A program made the position numbers and the translations under genes. A stretch of DNA of 64,000 nt, from contig MU054001.1 of the NCBI GenBank assembly GCA_013239625.1, positions 2,858,151 through 2,922,150 of the forward strand. The letters are read 5' to 3'. A model generated the notes under the pieces. It was not told the DNA's origin and searched no databases. It was given only the letters and a program-made list of their open reading frames with translations. How positions within the stretch are numbered: the first letter of the stretch is position 1; the number at the start of each line of letters is the position of its first letter. The stretch is from Lama guanicoe (lineage: Eukaryota). This document shows positions 47,256 to 60,201 of the stretch, in pieces.

Positions 47256-49528
47256 ATGGGTAAATGTGTGTGTTCTGACTGCTTCACCAATCGACTGTTC
47301 CCCTTGTCTGTCTCCCTCTCCTCAAGCTTCCCTATTTCCTGAGAGACGGTAATACTGAAATTAGGTCAATTAATAGCCCTGCAACGACCTCTAAGCATTC
47401 AGGTGGAAGAGCTGCATATCTCTCACTTTCAATCAAAAGCTAGAAATGATTAAGCTTAGTGAGGAAGGCTTGTTGACAGCTGAGACAGGGCCAAAGCTAG
47501 GCCCCTTGTACCAAACCAGGAGCCACAATGTGAATGCAAAGAAAAGTTCTTGAAGGAAATTGAAAGTGTTACTCCAGTGAACATACAAATGATAAGAAAG
47601 CAAAACAACTTTATGCTGATATGGAGACAGTTTGAGTGGTCTGGATAGAAGATCAAACCAGCCACAACATTCCCTTAAGCCACAGCCTAATCCAGTTCAA
47701 GGCCCTAACTTTCTTCAATTCTGTGAAGGCTGAGAGAGGTGAGGATGCTGCAAAGAAAAGTCTGAAATTGGTGGAGGCTGCTTCATGAGGTTTAGGGAAA
47801 AACACAAAAGTGCAAGGTGAAACAGTAAGTGCTGATGCAGGAGCTGCAGCAGGTTATCCAGAGGGTCTAGCTGAACTCATTAACAAAGGTGGCTCCACTA
47901 AACAACAGGTGTTCAGCGTGGATAAAACAGCCTTCCATTGGAAGAAGGTGCCATCTAGGACTTTCATAGCAAGAGAGAAGTCAATGTCTGGCCTCAAAGA
48001 TTCAAAAGGCAGGCTGACTTTCTTCTTAGGGGTTAATGCATGCAGTAGGTGACTTTAAGTTGAAGCCAGTACTCATTTACCATTCCTAAAATCCCTGGAC
48101 CCTCAAAAATTATACTAAATCTACTCTGCCTATGCTCTATAAATGGAAAAACAAATGTGCTGGACAACAGCACATGTATTTACAACAGGGCTTACTGAAT
48201 ATTTTAAGCCCACTGTTAAGACTTACTAGTCAGAAAAAAAAATTCCTTTCAAAATATGGATGCTCATTGACAATTCACCCAGCCATCCAAGAGCTCTGAT
48301 AGAGATGTACAATGAAACTAATCTTGTCTGTAGGCCTGCTAATGCAGCATCTATTCTGCAGCCCATTGACCAAGGAGTAATTTTGACTTTCCATTCTCAT
48401 TATTTAATAAATACATTCTATCAGGCTATAGCTGCCATAGATACTAATTCTTCTGAGGCAAAGTCAGTTGTAAACCTGCTGGGAAGGATTCACCATAGAT
48501 GCTATTAAGAACATTCATGATTTGTAATAAGAGGCCACAGTATCAACATTAACAAGTATTTAGAAGACACTGATTCCAGCCCTCAGGATGCTGGGAGGGG
48601 TTCAAGATTTCAGTCAAGGAAACAACTGCAGATGTGGTGAAAATAGCAAGAGAACTAGAAATAACAGTGGCGCCTGAAGATGTGGCTGAATTGCTGCCAT
48701 CTCATGATAAAACTTCAACAGATTGGGAGTTTCTTCTTAGGGGTGATTGAAAAAAATGGTTTCTTGAGATGGAATCAGCTCCCAGTGAAGATGCTGTAAA
48801 GATTGTTGAAACGGCAACAAAGAATTTAGAAGCTTATGTAAACTAAGTTGATAAACTGTAGCAAAGTTTGAGAGGACTGACTCCAATTTGGGAAGAAATT
48901 CTTGATAAACAAGATTACACTATATAGCACAGGGAAATATACACAAAATGTTATGATAAATCACAGAGAAAAAATGTGACAATGAGTGTGTATATGTCCA
49001 TGAATGACTGAAAAATTGTGCTGAACACTGGAATTTGACACAACATTGTAAAATGATTATAAATCAATAAAAAATGTTAAAAAAAATTTGGGAAGAAATT
49101 CTACTGAAGGTAAAATGCTATCAAACAGTATTGCAGACTACAGAAAAATCATATGTGAAAGGAAGAGCCAATTAATGAAGCAAACTTTATTGTTTGTTTC
49201 ATTTTAATAAATTACCACAGCCACCCCAATCTTCAGCAACCACCATCCTGATCAGTCTGCAGCTTAGCATCAAGGCAAGACCTTCCACCAGCAAAAAGGC
49301 TAGTACTTGCTTGGGCTCAGATGATAGCAATTTTTAGCAATAAGGTATCTTTTAATTAAGGTGTCTGTATTGTTTTTTAGACATAATGCTATTTCACACT
49401 TAATGGTCTACACCATACTGTAAAGATAGCTTTTATATGTACTGGGAAACCAAAAAAATTATGACTCTTTGTTGCAATATTCACTTTTTTGCAGTAGTCT
49501 GGAACCAAACTCACAATATTTTGAGGTA
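47256..49528 (+). mobile_element. Tigger1 (Tc1/mariner-pogo) DNA transposon, 5'-truncated, with decayed transposase
   Basis: aatcaaaagctagaaatgattaagcttagtgaggaagg start. ORF pieces 47810-48052 (QQVFSVDKTAFHWKKVPSRTFIAREK) and 48260-48508 (LIDNSPSHP...LQPIDQGVI) are Tigger DDE transposase. 3' end gtctggaaccaaactcacaatattttgaggta. Confidence 0.95.
48903..49084 (+). mobile_element. Young camelid-type L1 3' end inserted in Tigger1
   Basis: gataaacaagattacactatatagcacagggaaatata...cacaacattgtaaaatgattataaatcaataaaaaa. Perfect 18-bp TSD aatttgggaagaaattct at 48885-48902 and 49085-49102. Confidence 0.9.
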
Positions 49529-49529
49529 T

Positions 49530-50085
49530 TACTATAACCAGTGGACCTTGGTTGCTCAAACCTTCAGACCTTTCACGTTCTTAAGAAGGGCTTGTGTTCA
49601 AGATTGGGCCTTGGCTGACTCCTGGGTAATGAGCTCTGAGCCCTTGGAATATTCTGCCTGGTAAGAGTGCTTTTAAGTCTGAGACCTAGAGCCACACATT
49701 ACCAGTTAGATCAGGTAGTTTACACTTACAGTGTGATTGTGGTAAACACCTGCTTTTTGGACTAGGGCCTGGAGTAGCTGAGTAGCTCAAGTCAGTCACA
49801 CAAGTACTGCTTGCCTTATGTCTGACCCCAGTAAAACACCATAGGCACTGAAGGTCAAGTGAGCTGCTCCAGTTGATAACACTTTGCACATATTGTTGCA
49901 CATTGTTGCTGGGAGAATCAAATGTAAGAATACTTGAAAGTTTGCACCTAGTTTCTCTTGGACTTTTCCAAATGCACCTTTTCCCTTTGCTGATTTTAAT
50001 GTTTCCTTTCACTGTAATAAACTACAACCACGGGTCCTTCCAGCAAATCACTGAGTCTGAGGGTGGTCTTGGGGACCCAAAAAAC
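49530..50085 (+). mobile_element. ERVL LTR (MER77-like)
   Basis: gagcccttggaatattctgcctg...gaccccagtaaaac...cttttccctttgctgattttaat...ctgtaataaac...gcaaatcactgagtctgagggtggtcttggggaccc. Confidence 0.7.
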
Positions 50086-50094
50086 ACAGACACA

Positions 50095-51032
50095 CACAGG
50101 TTGCAAATAACTGATATCAGGAACAAAAGGATAATATAAAGTTACTCTGATAATTTAAAATTTAATAAATTTAACATAACATGTAAAAAACTCTGAATAA
50201 GCACCTTACAAAAGAGGAAATTCAGATGGCCACTAAGCATGTGAAAATGATCAACCTCCTTAGTCATTAGAGAAATGCAAATTAAAACCGCAATGAAATA
50301 TAACTGCATATACCAGAATGGCTAAAATTAATAAGCCTAAAAATACGAAATGTTGACGATGATGTGGAATAACGGATATTTTCCTACATTGGGTTGGGTG
50401 TGTATATTGGTACAATTACTTTTTAAAAACTGTTTGGTGATCTCTACTATAGTTGAATATGCATTTAACTTAGGATTTAAAAATTCCTCTGCTGGATTTA
50501 ACATAACAGAGACACATACACATGTGCACAAGGCATATATCAAATGTCCATAGCAGCATCCTTTGTAGTTAAAAATTGGAAACAACTTTAATGCCCACCA
50601 CCAGTAAAACGGAAAAATAAATTGTAGTATATTCATGCCATGAGCTATTTTACATCAATGAAAAGTGAACAAAGCACTGCTACATTCAAAAACATGGATG
50701 AAAACTATGGATGTAACACAATTTGAATGAAAAAAAAAAGCCAGACACACACAGAAAAATACCTAATATGTGATACCCTTTATATATGTTAAAACATTAT
50801 ATTAATCTATGTTGTAAGAAGTCAAGAAAATGGTAGCTTTGGGGAAGAGGTGAGCTGTGACTTAGAGGAGTACACAGTGGACTTTTGTGGTTCTGATCAT
50901 GATCCATTTATTGATCTGAATAGTGGCCACACAGGTGTGCTCACTTTGTGAAACTTTATTGAGCTGTACATGTATGATTTATGTACTTTTCTCGCTTTTA
51001 TACTTCAATTAAAAAGTTTATTAAAAAGAAAA
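50095..51032 (+). mobile_element. L1ME-type ORF2 C-terminus and 3' UTR (probable continuation of the 44-47 kb L1)
   Basis: cagatggccactaagcatgtgaaaa...gtcattagagaaatgcaaattaaaacc...cactttgtgaaactttattgagctgtaca...tacttcaattaaaaagttt. Confidence 0.85.
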
Positions 51033-51933
51033 GCACATGGAGTATGGATAAAGGTTAACAATTTTAGTCCCCATGGTTTCATGTTTCCACAGTGCTTGAT
51101 GGAAAAAATGGTGTTTCTTCCTCGTGGGGAGCACTGAGCACCAATTGCTCTCTGAAGAGCAGACAGAAGGAGCACAGAGCTTAGAGACTGCCTTCCACCA
51201 TCAGGACCATATAAGTCTTAACACCAAAAATATCTTTTGTTCATGTCATTGTTTTGACCAGGATGACACAGGTTGCAATTAAAAAAAAAAAAAAGAACTT
51301 TCCCCATATTTTTCCCTTGAGATGAGAGTAAGCTAAGTCAAGGATGAAACTATTCATGTTTTCTTTCCAGTCATTGAGAAACCCAACCACGATCACTAGA
51401 AGAAGGTGCTGAGGGCAATAGATTGTACATTTGAACTTGGGGTAGTTGTGGGGGATGAATCAGCCATAATTGACATTGAATAAACTAACCACTAACAAAA
51501 GAAAAACTTCCATTTGAGGGAATTCCTGGGAGAGACAATTCATTTTTGCTATTCAGATCCCTGCTGGGATCACTGTAATATTTATGCCAGTACTTTAGCT
51601 TTTCTGTGGTTTGTGGGAATTGTCACATGGTCTACCAATGATTGCTCTTTTCACTTTAGGTTACCTGGAGTTAGTTTCTGACCAAAGAACCCTAGTTGAC
51701 ATACCATGTTACCAACTTGCACAGCATGGGGACCCCTGAATTTTGCAAGTGGGTGTCTAGCTGGCAAGCACACTTTTGGAGAGGAAGACAGTGAGAGCTG
51801 AGCCTCACATGGCTTCCTCAAACTCTGTGATTCCCTTCAGTCCACACAAAGTGCTTGCACTGTTGAGTTCATGTCACCCACCCTTCTTTTTCTTTTATAT
51901 ACACCCCAAGCTGTGCTATTTCTTCTATACAGA

Positions 51934-52008
51934 GCACACACACACACACAAAATCCAAAAAACAAAACAAAACAAAGAAACTCAAACAAAACAACAACAA
52001 CCAAAACA
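51934..52008. repeat. (CA)n / (CAAAA)n simple repeat
   Basis: cacacacacacacaca...aacaaaacaaaacaaag...aacaacaacaacc. Confidence 0.8.
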
Positions 52009-52244
52009 TGGGATGCTTTTAGGGAAAGAAACTTTCACTGGAGTGAGTTAGTGAGGGAGTCATCAAGTCTTTTGGGAGCTTGGAGAGACTGACAAAAATG
52101 ACTAATGTTTAGGTTTGAGCCTCCTTTGAAAAGGTGCAGTCTGGGATTTGGGAATTTGAATTTGCAGCAGTAGACGAGGCCAGGTGCAGGAAATAAATCC
52201 TCGTCACAGCAGATACAAAGATGTAACTAACTATAGCTAGCAGT

Positions 52245-52620
52245 AATAACATCAGCAAAAGCTGACACTTTCTGAGCACTTACTATGTGCCAGGCCCAGT
52301 GCTAAGCATTTTCTAGACATGATCTCATTGAATCCTCCCGATATCATGCCGAGATAGACTAGAATATTAGTTTCATGAGAGCAGGGGATTTTTTTCTGTT
52401 TTGCTCTTTGTATCTCAAGGCACCTAAAAGAGTGCCTGGTTTGTTAGTAAAGAGTTGATGCTCAATAAGTTGGTCAAATAAATACGTTTACTCTCATCAC
52501 TACCTCCACTGTATAGAAAACATGCGGGTTAAGTAACTTGCCTGCACGTAAGAAGCGATGAAGCAAGGGTATTGTTCAGGTTATAAGACTCCAGGAAGAC
52601 CACAGTCTTAACCACAACCC
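52245..52620 (-). mobile_element. MIR SINE interrupted by a + strand L2 3' fragment (~52355-52480)
   Basis: gagcacttactatgtgccaggcccagtgctaagcatt...ggttaagtaacttgcc flanking gactagaatattagtttcatgagagcagggg...agtgcctgg...gctcaataag. Confidence 0.75.
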
Positions 52621-53411
52621 TATTTTGAAGTTTTAGGAGAAATAAAAGTGGTCAGAGAATGGAAAAGATCTTGGTGGAACTTTGCATCCTATGGGTGCTG
52701 CTGATCCAAATCTTCTGTGGCTTTAGAGCTGACCCCTTGCCTTAAAGCCAAATGATTATGCCCTTAGGATGTTGTGGAGACATCCTAAGAAGAAAACAAG
52801 TGTATGGCTCAAAACTTGTCCGCACAGGATGAAACGAATCCCTGAAGGAACCTTGCTGATCCTACTGATGGTTCCCTCAAGTAGTCAGTAGAACATGTTT
52901 ACTGTTCACTTTTCAGAAACCACCGGAAACTTTATATTCAGATGAATTATAAAGTGACAACTGTCGTGAGTTTGATCACTAAATTGTACATATTGAGGAA
53001 GAAAGAAATGTAGGCACAAGTGGACGCTGGTTCCTAAGTAGCCATTTTCTTTGAAGATTAGTCCATTGTGACTGAACCATGTAGATCAGTGGCGATTTTA
53101 TTCTCCCAGGGAACCCTCCCCAGCATTTGGATAAAGAAGCCATGTGACCTCCTTTGCAAGAATAACCAGAAGAGACATTAACAAATCTTACTGAAGTGCT
53201 GTTTATGACATTGTGTCTAAAATGATCTGGCAGCCAAGAATTCATGAACTGAAATGTTAAACAGAAAGTTAAAACCTATAAGGTAGCTTTATTCAGAGAA
53301 TGAGTTTCTGGGAATGTTTTAGGGAGTTAGGGAATTTAAGTGAATGTCAAACCTTGCTGTTAGAAATTGTTGATGTTGATTGATATTATCGATGTTTCTG
53401 TTTTTTTTTCC

Positions 53412-53770
53412 TGTATTATTCTAATTTCTCTCAGATGCAAATGACAGAAACTTGATTTCAACTAGTGTAAATGAAAATGATTCAGTCATTCATATAACTG
53501 ACAAGGCTAAGGTTAGGTGGCTTCAGGCAAAGACAAGTTCCAGGGTTCAAATGATGTCATGAGGATTTTTTTCTCCTGCTTTCTTACATCTCTTAGTTCT
53601 ACTTTCCTATGTGCTTCATTCTCAGGCAAGGCCTCTCAAAAAGGTGGTCTGCAACAGCTCCAAGCTTACATCATCCCTATAGCTCCCAATTTCAACAAAA
53701 GTCCAGGAATTTCATGTTATTGGCCTACTTTGAGTAACATGAACATCTCTAAACAAAGACCATGACTAGA
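53412..53770 (-). mobile_element. Old MLT1 (K/L-type) LTR fragment
   Basis: gcaaatgacagaaac...catataactgac...ggcttcaggca...cagggttcaaatgatgtca...cttcattctcaggcaagg. Confidence 0.6.
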
Positions 53771-54514
53771 CAAGAAAATAAAAGAACCTCCTCTAAGAAC
53801 TTAACTTTTTACAAAGTGTTATCTGACATCACAGACCACGTAGAAGTTTTTAAAAATAATTGGATGATTGCATTTTGCCTCTGGAAGCTAATCTTTTTGA
53901 CGGATATTATAAAATGAGGTCCTTATTGGTCACTACCTAACATCACTTAGCTGATCTAGACAGTTTTGGTTCCTTTCACAGTTAGAGGCTTGACTCCTAT
54001 AAACTGCTGGTTCTCCTTCTCCGGAAACTAGTGCGAATGATCATAGAGTCCTGGTGACCACAGTTAATAAGACAAGAGCAGGGAGATTAGACACTTGGCC
54101 AGAAGGTGGGGGCTCTGTATTTGGAGTCCCCAGTTGATGATCATTGTTTACTTATAAATCTTTAGGCCTTGTGGTGTAGGGATAGCACAGGTTGAGGAAT
54201 AAGATGAACCAGTATTTGTGCATCAGCTCCATGATCTAATATAAATTATTAACAAATCTGCAAAATGAAGATATTAACAGTATCTATCCTGCAAGGGTGT
54301 GCCTAGCTCCTGACAAGGGGAGCTTATTACTACTATCCCATCTACACAATACTTACCTTCATGACCAGTACCCTCTCCCTTTTCCATGAGTTGCAGAATT
54401 CTAAAAATAAAGAGGTTTCCCTCTCATAATTCCTCTTTCCCAGGACTCCTCTGTCCTGTAGGATAACCTGTCAGAAAACTCTGAGTCCCACTCTTCCCTC
54501 TTCTATTTATTAAA

Positions 54515-54920
54515 TACAGTGACACTGACCAAGATGAGCTCTCTGGGCCTCAGTCTCCTCATCTGTAAGATAAGGTTATTTAAACTAACCGTACAAGGAT
54601 GTAGTGAAGTTTAAGTGAAATAATGTGTGTAAGTCATCTAGAGCACCAAGGAGGCCAAATAATTTTCCTTTATCGGTTACTAGCATACTATTACATACTG
54701 TGTTGAAGTTCTTGTTTTGAGCACTTTGTAAGCTTCAATTCATTTAACCCTGTTTTTTTTTAGAATTAACCTTACCATTATCATCATTTTACAGACAAGG
54801 AAAGGAAGTGTCAACGGGTTCAATATGTTGCTTGAGATTATATTGCTGGTATATGGTGAGAGTGAGATTTGAACCAAGGCAGTCTGGCCCAGGTTCATTA
54901 TCTTAATCACTTTTTCCTCT
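54515..54920. mobile_element. Two MIR SINEs in opposite orientation
   Basis: + copy ctctgggcctcagtctcctcatctgtaaga (54515-54670); - copy cattttacagacaaggaa...gatttgaaccaaggcagtctggc (54700-54920). Confidence 0.75.
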
Positions 54921-55979
54921 CTCACATGTGTCTTCCCCAAAAAAGATGGAAATACAATCAGAACTGAATGAGAGGGTAAGATACTATCCCACATCTTCTT
55001 ACTAGAGCCTGAGTCCATCCTAGTACTCAACAGTGTATTTGCCCAAGGAGGTATTTAGTTATAGGCAACTGTAATGTTTTCTCTAAGAGTTGCCATTACC
55101 TTCCGTGCCTTGCTCCAGGTAGTAAAGACAAGGATTCCTCTTAGAATATAGAGCAAATGCCCTCTGCATGTCTATAATGCCCCTTGTTTTTAGAAACCAT
55201 GTCATGTCCTTAGCAAAATGAATAATTTTAGTCATTTTTCTCACCCTGCATTTATTAAACATTTACTATGGTCCAGACAGTAACTCTGAACCTTGAATAA
55301 GAAATCACTTTGGACCTCTTGTACCCAACTTTGAACATTACCTAGGTCATATCAGCTTGCTTTAATGCCTGCCAGCCTTGCCCTGATGGGATGCACCAGT
55401 TTGACTTTAGAATATGTCATCAATCATTCCAATCACAAAACTTACAACAGATCTATGTTTCAAATTCCTGCAAAATAAGGACTAAAAGAGTAAAAAGAAA
55501 AAGTGTAAAAGGAGTAAGATAATTTAGGATTTGCTTCCCTAGTGGTGGTCACTAAGTTATAATCAGAAGCCTTTTTGCAAGATGGATGAAGAAGGTGATG
55601 GTTACACTTACAAATACCTCACATGGTCCTCACTCTCATACACTTCAGATAACACACTAGGCTTGAGGAAATCACAGTTTTTAGAGATTTGAGAATGAAT
55701 GTAGCTAACACTAGTTAAGGAGTTATAGCTTAGACCTAGAGTTAGAAAGTAAATATTTCACCTGTGAAAGTTGACCAACATTAATAAGCTATGCTTGCCA
55801 TTTCAACAGTAGGAAAATGCCCCTTTCTCTACTCTGTCTCCTGAAATGTATTTGTTTCTTAGCCCACTTGGACAACAGCATGTCAATTGTGGAAGACAGT
55901 CAATAAAAGCTTGCCAGATCAAATGGTTACAGTTTACTAATTTCCCCCATGACCCTGTGTAGGATTATTCTAAAGTTTC

Positions 55980-56500
55980 TCCCTGTTGAAATCTGGGCTC
56001 CGCTGTCTCCGGAGTGACCCCTCTGGTTGAGAAGACCATCAAGAATGTGCCGCATCTCAACCATCTCCCGCCCACAGACCGGCCTGATTAATCCCGACTG
56101 AGTCTTTGGAAGGCACGCAAATATAAACTATTCATTTATTTCAAATCGGCGGGCGCCGTGGGGAAGTTATCGCATATAATCTAGTGTTAGTCTATCCACT
56201 GCATCATAAAAATTAATTTGTCTAATTAATGACATTAGTACTTTTATACATGCATAATTCATATTAATTGATAGGTCTGCCTAAAAAGAATACCTTTTGG
56301 AAGAAAAATGATCCCATTAGTGCAAGTTTAATCCAAATCAGGGCTGACAAAGCATGGCGCCTTCAAGGCGTATCTTCAGCTTTGTTAATTGTCATAAGCA
56401 TTCTAAATTGATTATTCTTACATTAGCATGAGACATTTCATTCATCAATGCTTTGCTGTAAAGGAAATTTGTCTAATGGATTTGGGTAGCTCAACTAAAT
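55980..56500. promoter_or_regulatory. Candidate highly conserved developmental enhancer
   Basis: Repeat-free, with CpGs retained at 56040-56172. Dense TAAT/ATTA, TGATTAATCC (56085), ATGCATAAT (56250), TGACAA (56345), TTGTCA (56389) and reverse TGATGAATGA (56438-56447). Confidence 0.5.
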
Positions 56501-57344
56501 AAGTAGTATTTTTTTTTCCAGGGTAGCTAGAGGGGCATTTGGAGCATATTAATTCACTTATACTGGAGGGAAGAAAAATTAGCAGTGGAAATATATAGAA
56601 ATATCATACAAAATTAGATTTCTGACACTGAATAATTTTTGTGATATCTATTTCAATGGTAATTGAGTGAGTGTGCCTGCACTTTTATTGCTTTTCTGTT
56701 TTGCAAGCTCCATGATAAACAGCTAATGTTAATATTTCTTATGAGTTATGCTCCTGCACCTGTTAGGGCCACAGGGGTATGAAGTGGAGGATGAATGAGA
56801 TAAATATGCATTTTCGGGGGGACTGCTAGAAGGCACAGGGATTACACAAGGATGGGCCATAGCACCATTTACCCTGGGCTTCTGGGAAAACCATTTCCAC
56901 AGACACGTGCGGCCAGCTGAGCCATGAGAAGACAATAAACATAGATTTGATTGTGTCCCTGTTCACACAGACTAGGGATCTGGATATCCATTAAATTTGA
57001 GGGCCACCTCTTCATTTCTTTGGAGTCATCGAAGAATTGTTTTTAATGGCCAGAACCAAAATTGTTGGTTGATGGCCAAATACTTACACAAAGCTTCGTT
57101 GGGATCCTCTGTTTGGGAAGCAGTAAGTTAAGAACGAGGTACCAGATGCATTTAACCGTTGCTTCTGTTCTCTTTCTCAGCTGTGTGGACAACTACCATT
57201 CTGTGTGTTTTGGTCACAGTTGAGAAGTTCGTCTAGATGTAGGAGTACTTGTGCTGTTAGGGTCTTAGTTTGCCTGGGAAGTCGTCCATCATGGTCTTCT
57301 ACTTGAGTGTCTCCTTCTTCTCACCAGAGTAGATCTGAGGACTA

Positions 57345-57580
57345 GGCAATAGATTGGAGACAACACACCTGTGTTAACAGTCTCAGCAGGCTGCTCAGAA
57401 ATGGTATGACCTCGGCCAAGTTGCTTAATGTCTTTGAGCTTCAGTTCCTAATAGTAGCAGTTTTGATGTGCTGTTGTGATGGTCATGTACATGAGATAAT
57501 GCACCCCTAAGGGCTCAGCATTGTGACTGGCACGTAACAACTTTGTGGCATATTGAAACAGACGTTATTAGCTATTATCT
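57345..57580 (+). mobile_element. MIR SINE
   Basis: tgacctcggccaagttgcttaatgtctttgagcttcagttcc...gagataatgca...gtgactggcacgtaac. Confidence 0.7.
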
Positions 57581-57911
57581 GGCTGAACTAAATGGAGACA
57601 AAGAGAAGCTCTCTTGTGTGCTTAGCTCTTTTTCTTATTTGCCCTTTTCTCTTTTCCTGGAAGATATTTGACTCTGACGTTTTTCCATAAAGCCAATTTC
57701 CCTTGAGTTTCAGAGTGGACTCTTTTGGTCACTTGGCACTCAGAAATTCTGGGCAAGGAAAAATTGCTAACAACCCTCCATCAACCTTCCAGAATGCTGT
57801 TCCAAGTATATTGCTTACTTCAAAGCCTCCGTGCTCTTGTCAAAGGAACCAGCCTTGTCGAGTAGATAAAGCTCAGGTTTCAGATTTAGGGAAAGCTGAG
57901 CTAGAAGCCTC

Positions 57912-58370
57912 TCTCATTCGTTCATTCACTCATTTATTCAGTAAACACTGAATGAGTGCCCATGGTCTACCAGGCATCGTGCCAGGTCTTGAGGATATGG
58001 ACATGCACTTAAGGAGTTGGCATTTTAGTCAAGCTGGCTGACAATTGCCCAGAAAGCACAGGCATACAGAAGAGAATTCAGAGAGGGAAGTGCTGAGAAG
58101 GGAGGGATGCGGCGCAGGGTGGCTGGGCTGCAGGCAGAGGTGGAAGGGAGGTACTTGAGCAAGGACGGACAGGAAGGGACTCTGCTGTGGAACCAGATCC
58201 ATGAAAAGGAGCCATCCTTCCAGACAGAGGGAATATCAGGTGAAAAGACTTTGCAGAAGGAAGGTCTTTGGCACATCTGAGGCACAGAAAGGAGAGTATG
58301 ACTGCCGTATAGTTGTCAAGGGGGAGAATGGCAGGAAATGGATCTCAGGGTAGGCAGGGACCTGAGTCCA
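57912..58370 (-). mobile_element. L2 3' fragment
   Basis: tcattcgttcattcactcatttattcagtaaacactgaatgagtgcc...ccaggcatcgtgccagg...ttccagacagagggaa. Confidence 0.75.
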
Positions 58371-60201
58371 AACCCATTCCTGCCATTTACTGATTGTATT
58401 TTCTTGGGAAGTTTTCATAGTCCTCTCCAAGCCTGGATCTTCTCATCTACAGTTGGAAATGATCACCGTTGCTTTCTCACGAGGTTCTCTTCATGAATAA
58501 ACAGGAGATCTCAAGATTATTGCTAAAATCTGGGCTCAAAAAACGTTGCTCCCTCATCTCTCTTTAGCTCCTTGAGTGCTGTTTGGTGACAAACATTAGA
58601 ATACCCCTGTTCTGTTGAATAGCCCTTGCTCAGTCTATTTTGGGGATTGTACACAGTCCAGTAGACAGTTACATACTTCCTTCTACCAAGGAGACTCTTC
58701 CTTTACTTGGTAACTGTGTGTCCCACTCAACAAGACTGTGAGAGTCTGGAATAATCAGTGAGGACCAGAAGGAAGCCTGCTCCCCGCCTCTGCTGCAGAG
58801 CCGTTGCAGCCTTCCTCCTGGCCACGTCTGCGGGTCGGTTCACCTTTCAGCATCCTGTCCTCACTGCTGACTGTTCTTCTGAAACGTTTTTCGTAAACTC
58901 CTTCCAGCCCCCACGTATCCCAAGATGTACTCCATGATATTTCAGAACCAGAGTAATTTCTTCCTTAGGCACTAATCTCCTTGTTCCAATAGCTACTGAT
59001 TTTTCCACATCCATTTCAAGCCATTCACCAAGCTCTCTGTTTAGGCGTCAAGTTTCAGCAGAAAGGAAACACTTCCTAAAGTTGTTCATTTTGGTTTCCA
59101 GTAGACAGAATTTGGGAAGATAGAGATATTACGTATCCCACAACTAAAATATACCAGATGTGTAGCTTTATTCTGGTTTTTAACATGTAATATTCCTGTT
59201 TTTCTAAATGTAACTTAATATTGCTTTCAACATGGAATGTGATACTCTAATTAGACAAAACATAAGCCATACCATTCCCTGAATATATATTTATACATAG
59301 ACTAATGGAAGGGGCCAGGACAAATGATCTGTGTTAGATATTTGAAATGAAAAAATGAGGTTTGTAGAGATAGATTTAATAGCTATTGAGGGAGTGCTTA
59401 CAATAATTGGTTATTGTTGAAAAGAAATGTCAGATAACATTATTGGCATTTACAATTTTAATTAGCATGATCCCTGAGTCCAATATGTTATATTTTCCTT
59501 CTCTTAATTTTTTTTTTCTGGGAGAAATACAACCACTAGTCTTTCACAGTTATTTAAGGAAATGTTATTAAGACCCACGATGCTGGGATGTACTAATAGT
59601 TTAATGGATAAAGAATATGGGTCATTTTTCATGTTAAAACACAGTCCTGAAATGAAATACTCCTCTCATTTCCTACAGAACCAGAGCAGCAGAAGGCACT
59701 ATTTCCCCCAAGTCTTCAGTTTGTTCGAGGTTTCCAGTAGTTTTTGATCCTTGTGCCATCCATTCTCTGCCCACTACCTTTGTTTTGAGGAAGACGGTGA
59801 TTGGAGAGGACTTGGTGATTCCTCAGAGTAGAGGAACTGAACTCCGTGTGAGGCATGGCTGTGCAACTTACAAGGCAATGTATCTTTCTTTCTAGGCACC
59901 TCCAGAATTAGGTGTTTCTGGTTTATCTGCAGGTGTCTCTAGACATTTTTGGTGGCATCCTTACATGTCATTTTATTCTGCAATGTGTTTAATAAAGCCA
60001 AAATATACATAATGACAAGAGCCAGCTCTAACTGCCTCCACAGAGAGAATTTTGCTTGTGATGTGTAGGATCTGCTTCTCCTGATGGCTAACACTCCTAA
60101 CTCATACATCAAGTGATCACAAGGTATTCTCTTTTCTGAAGCAAACATAATTTGGACATAGATGGGTTTTCAAAGACCACTTAGTCATGTACCTATTATG
60201 C

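Noticed and set aside
47810..48508. Domesticated Tigger (TIGD-like) gene
   Set aside because: The transposase frame is broken by many stops and frameshifts and by an L1 insertion; it is a fossil Tigger1.
52845..52880. Imperfect hairpin gaaggaacc...ggttccctc as a miRNA precursor
   Set aside because: The stem is too short and imperfect for a pre-miRNA.
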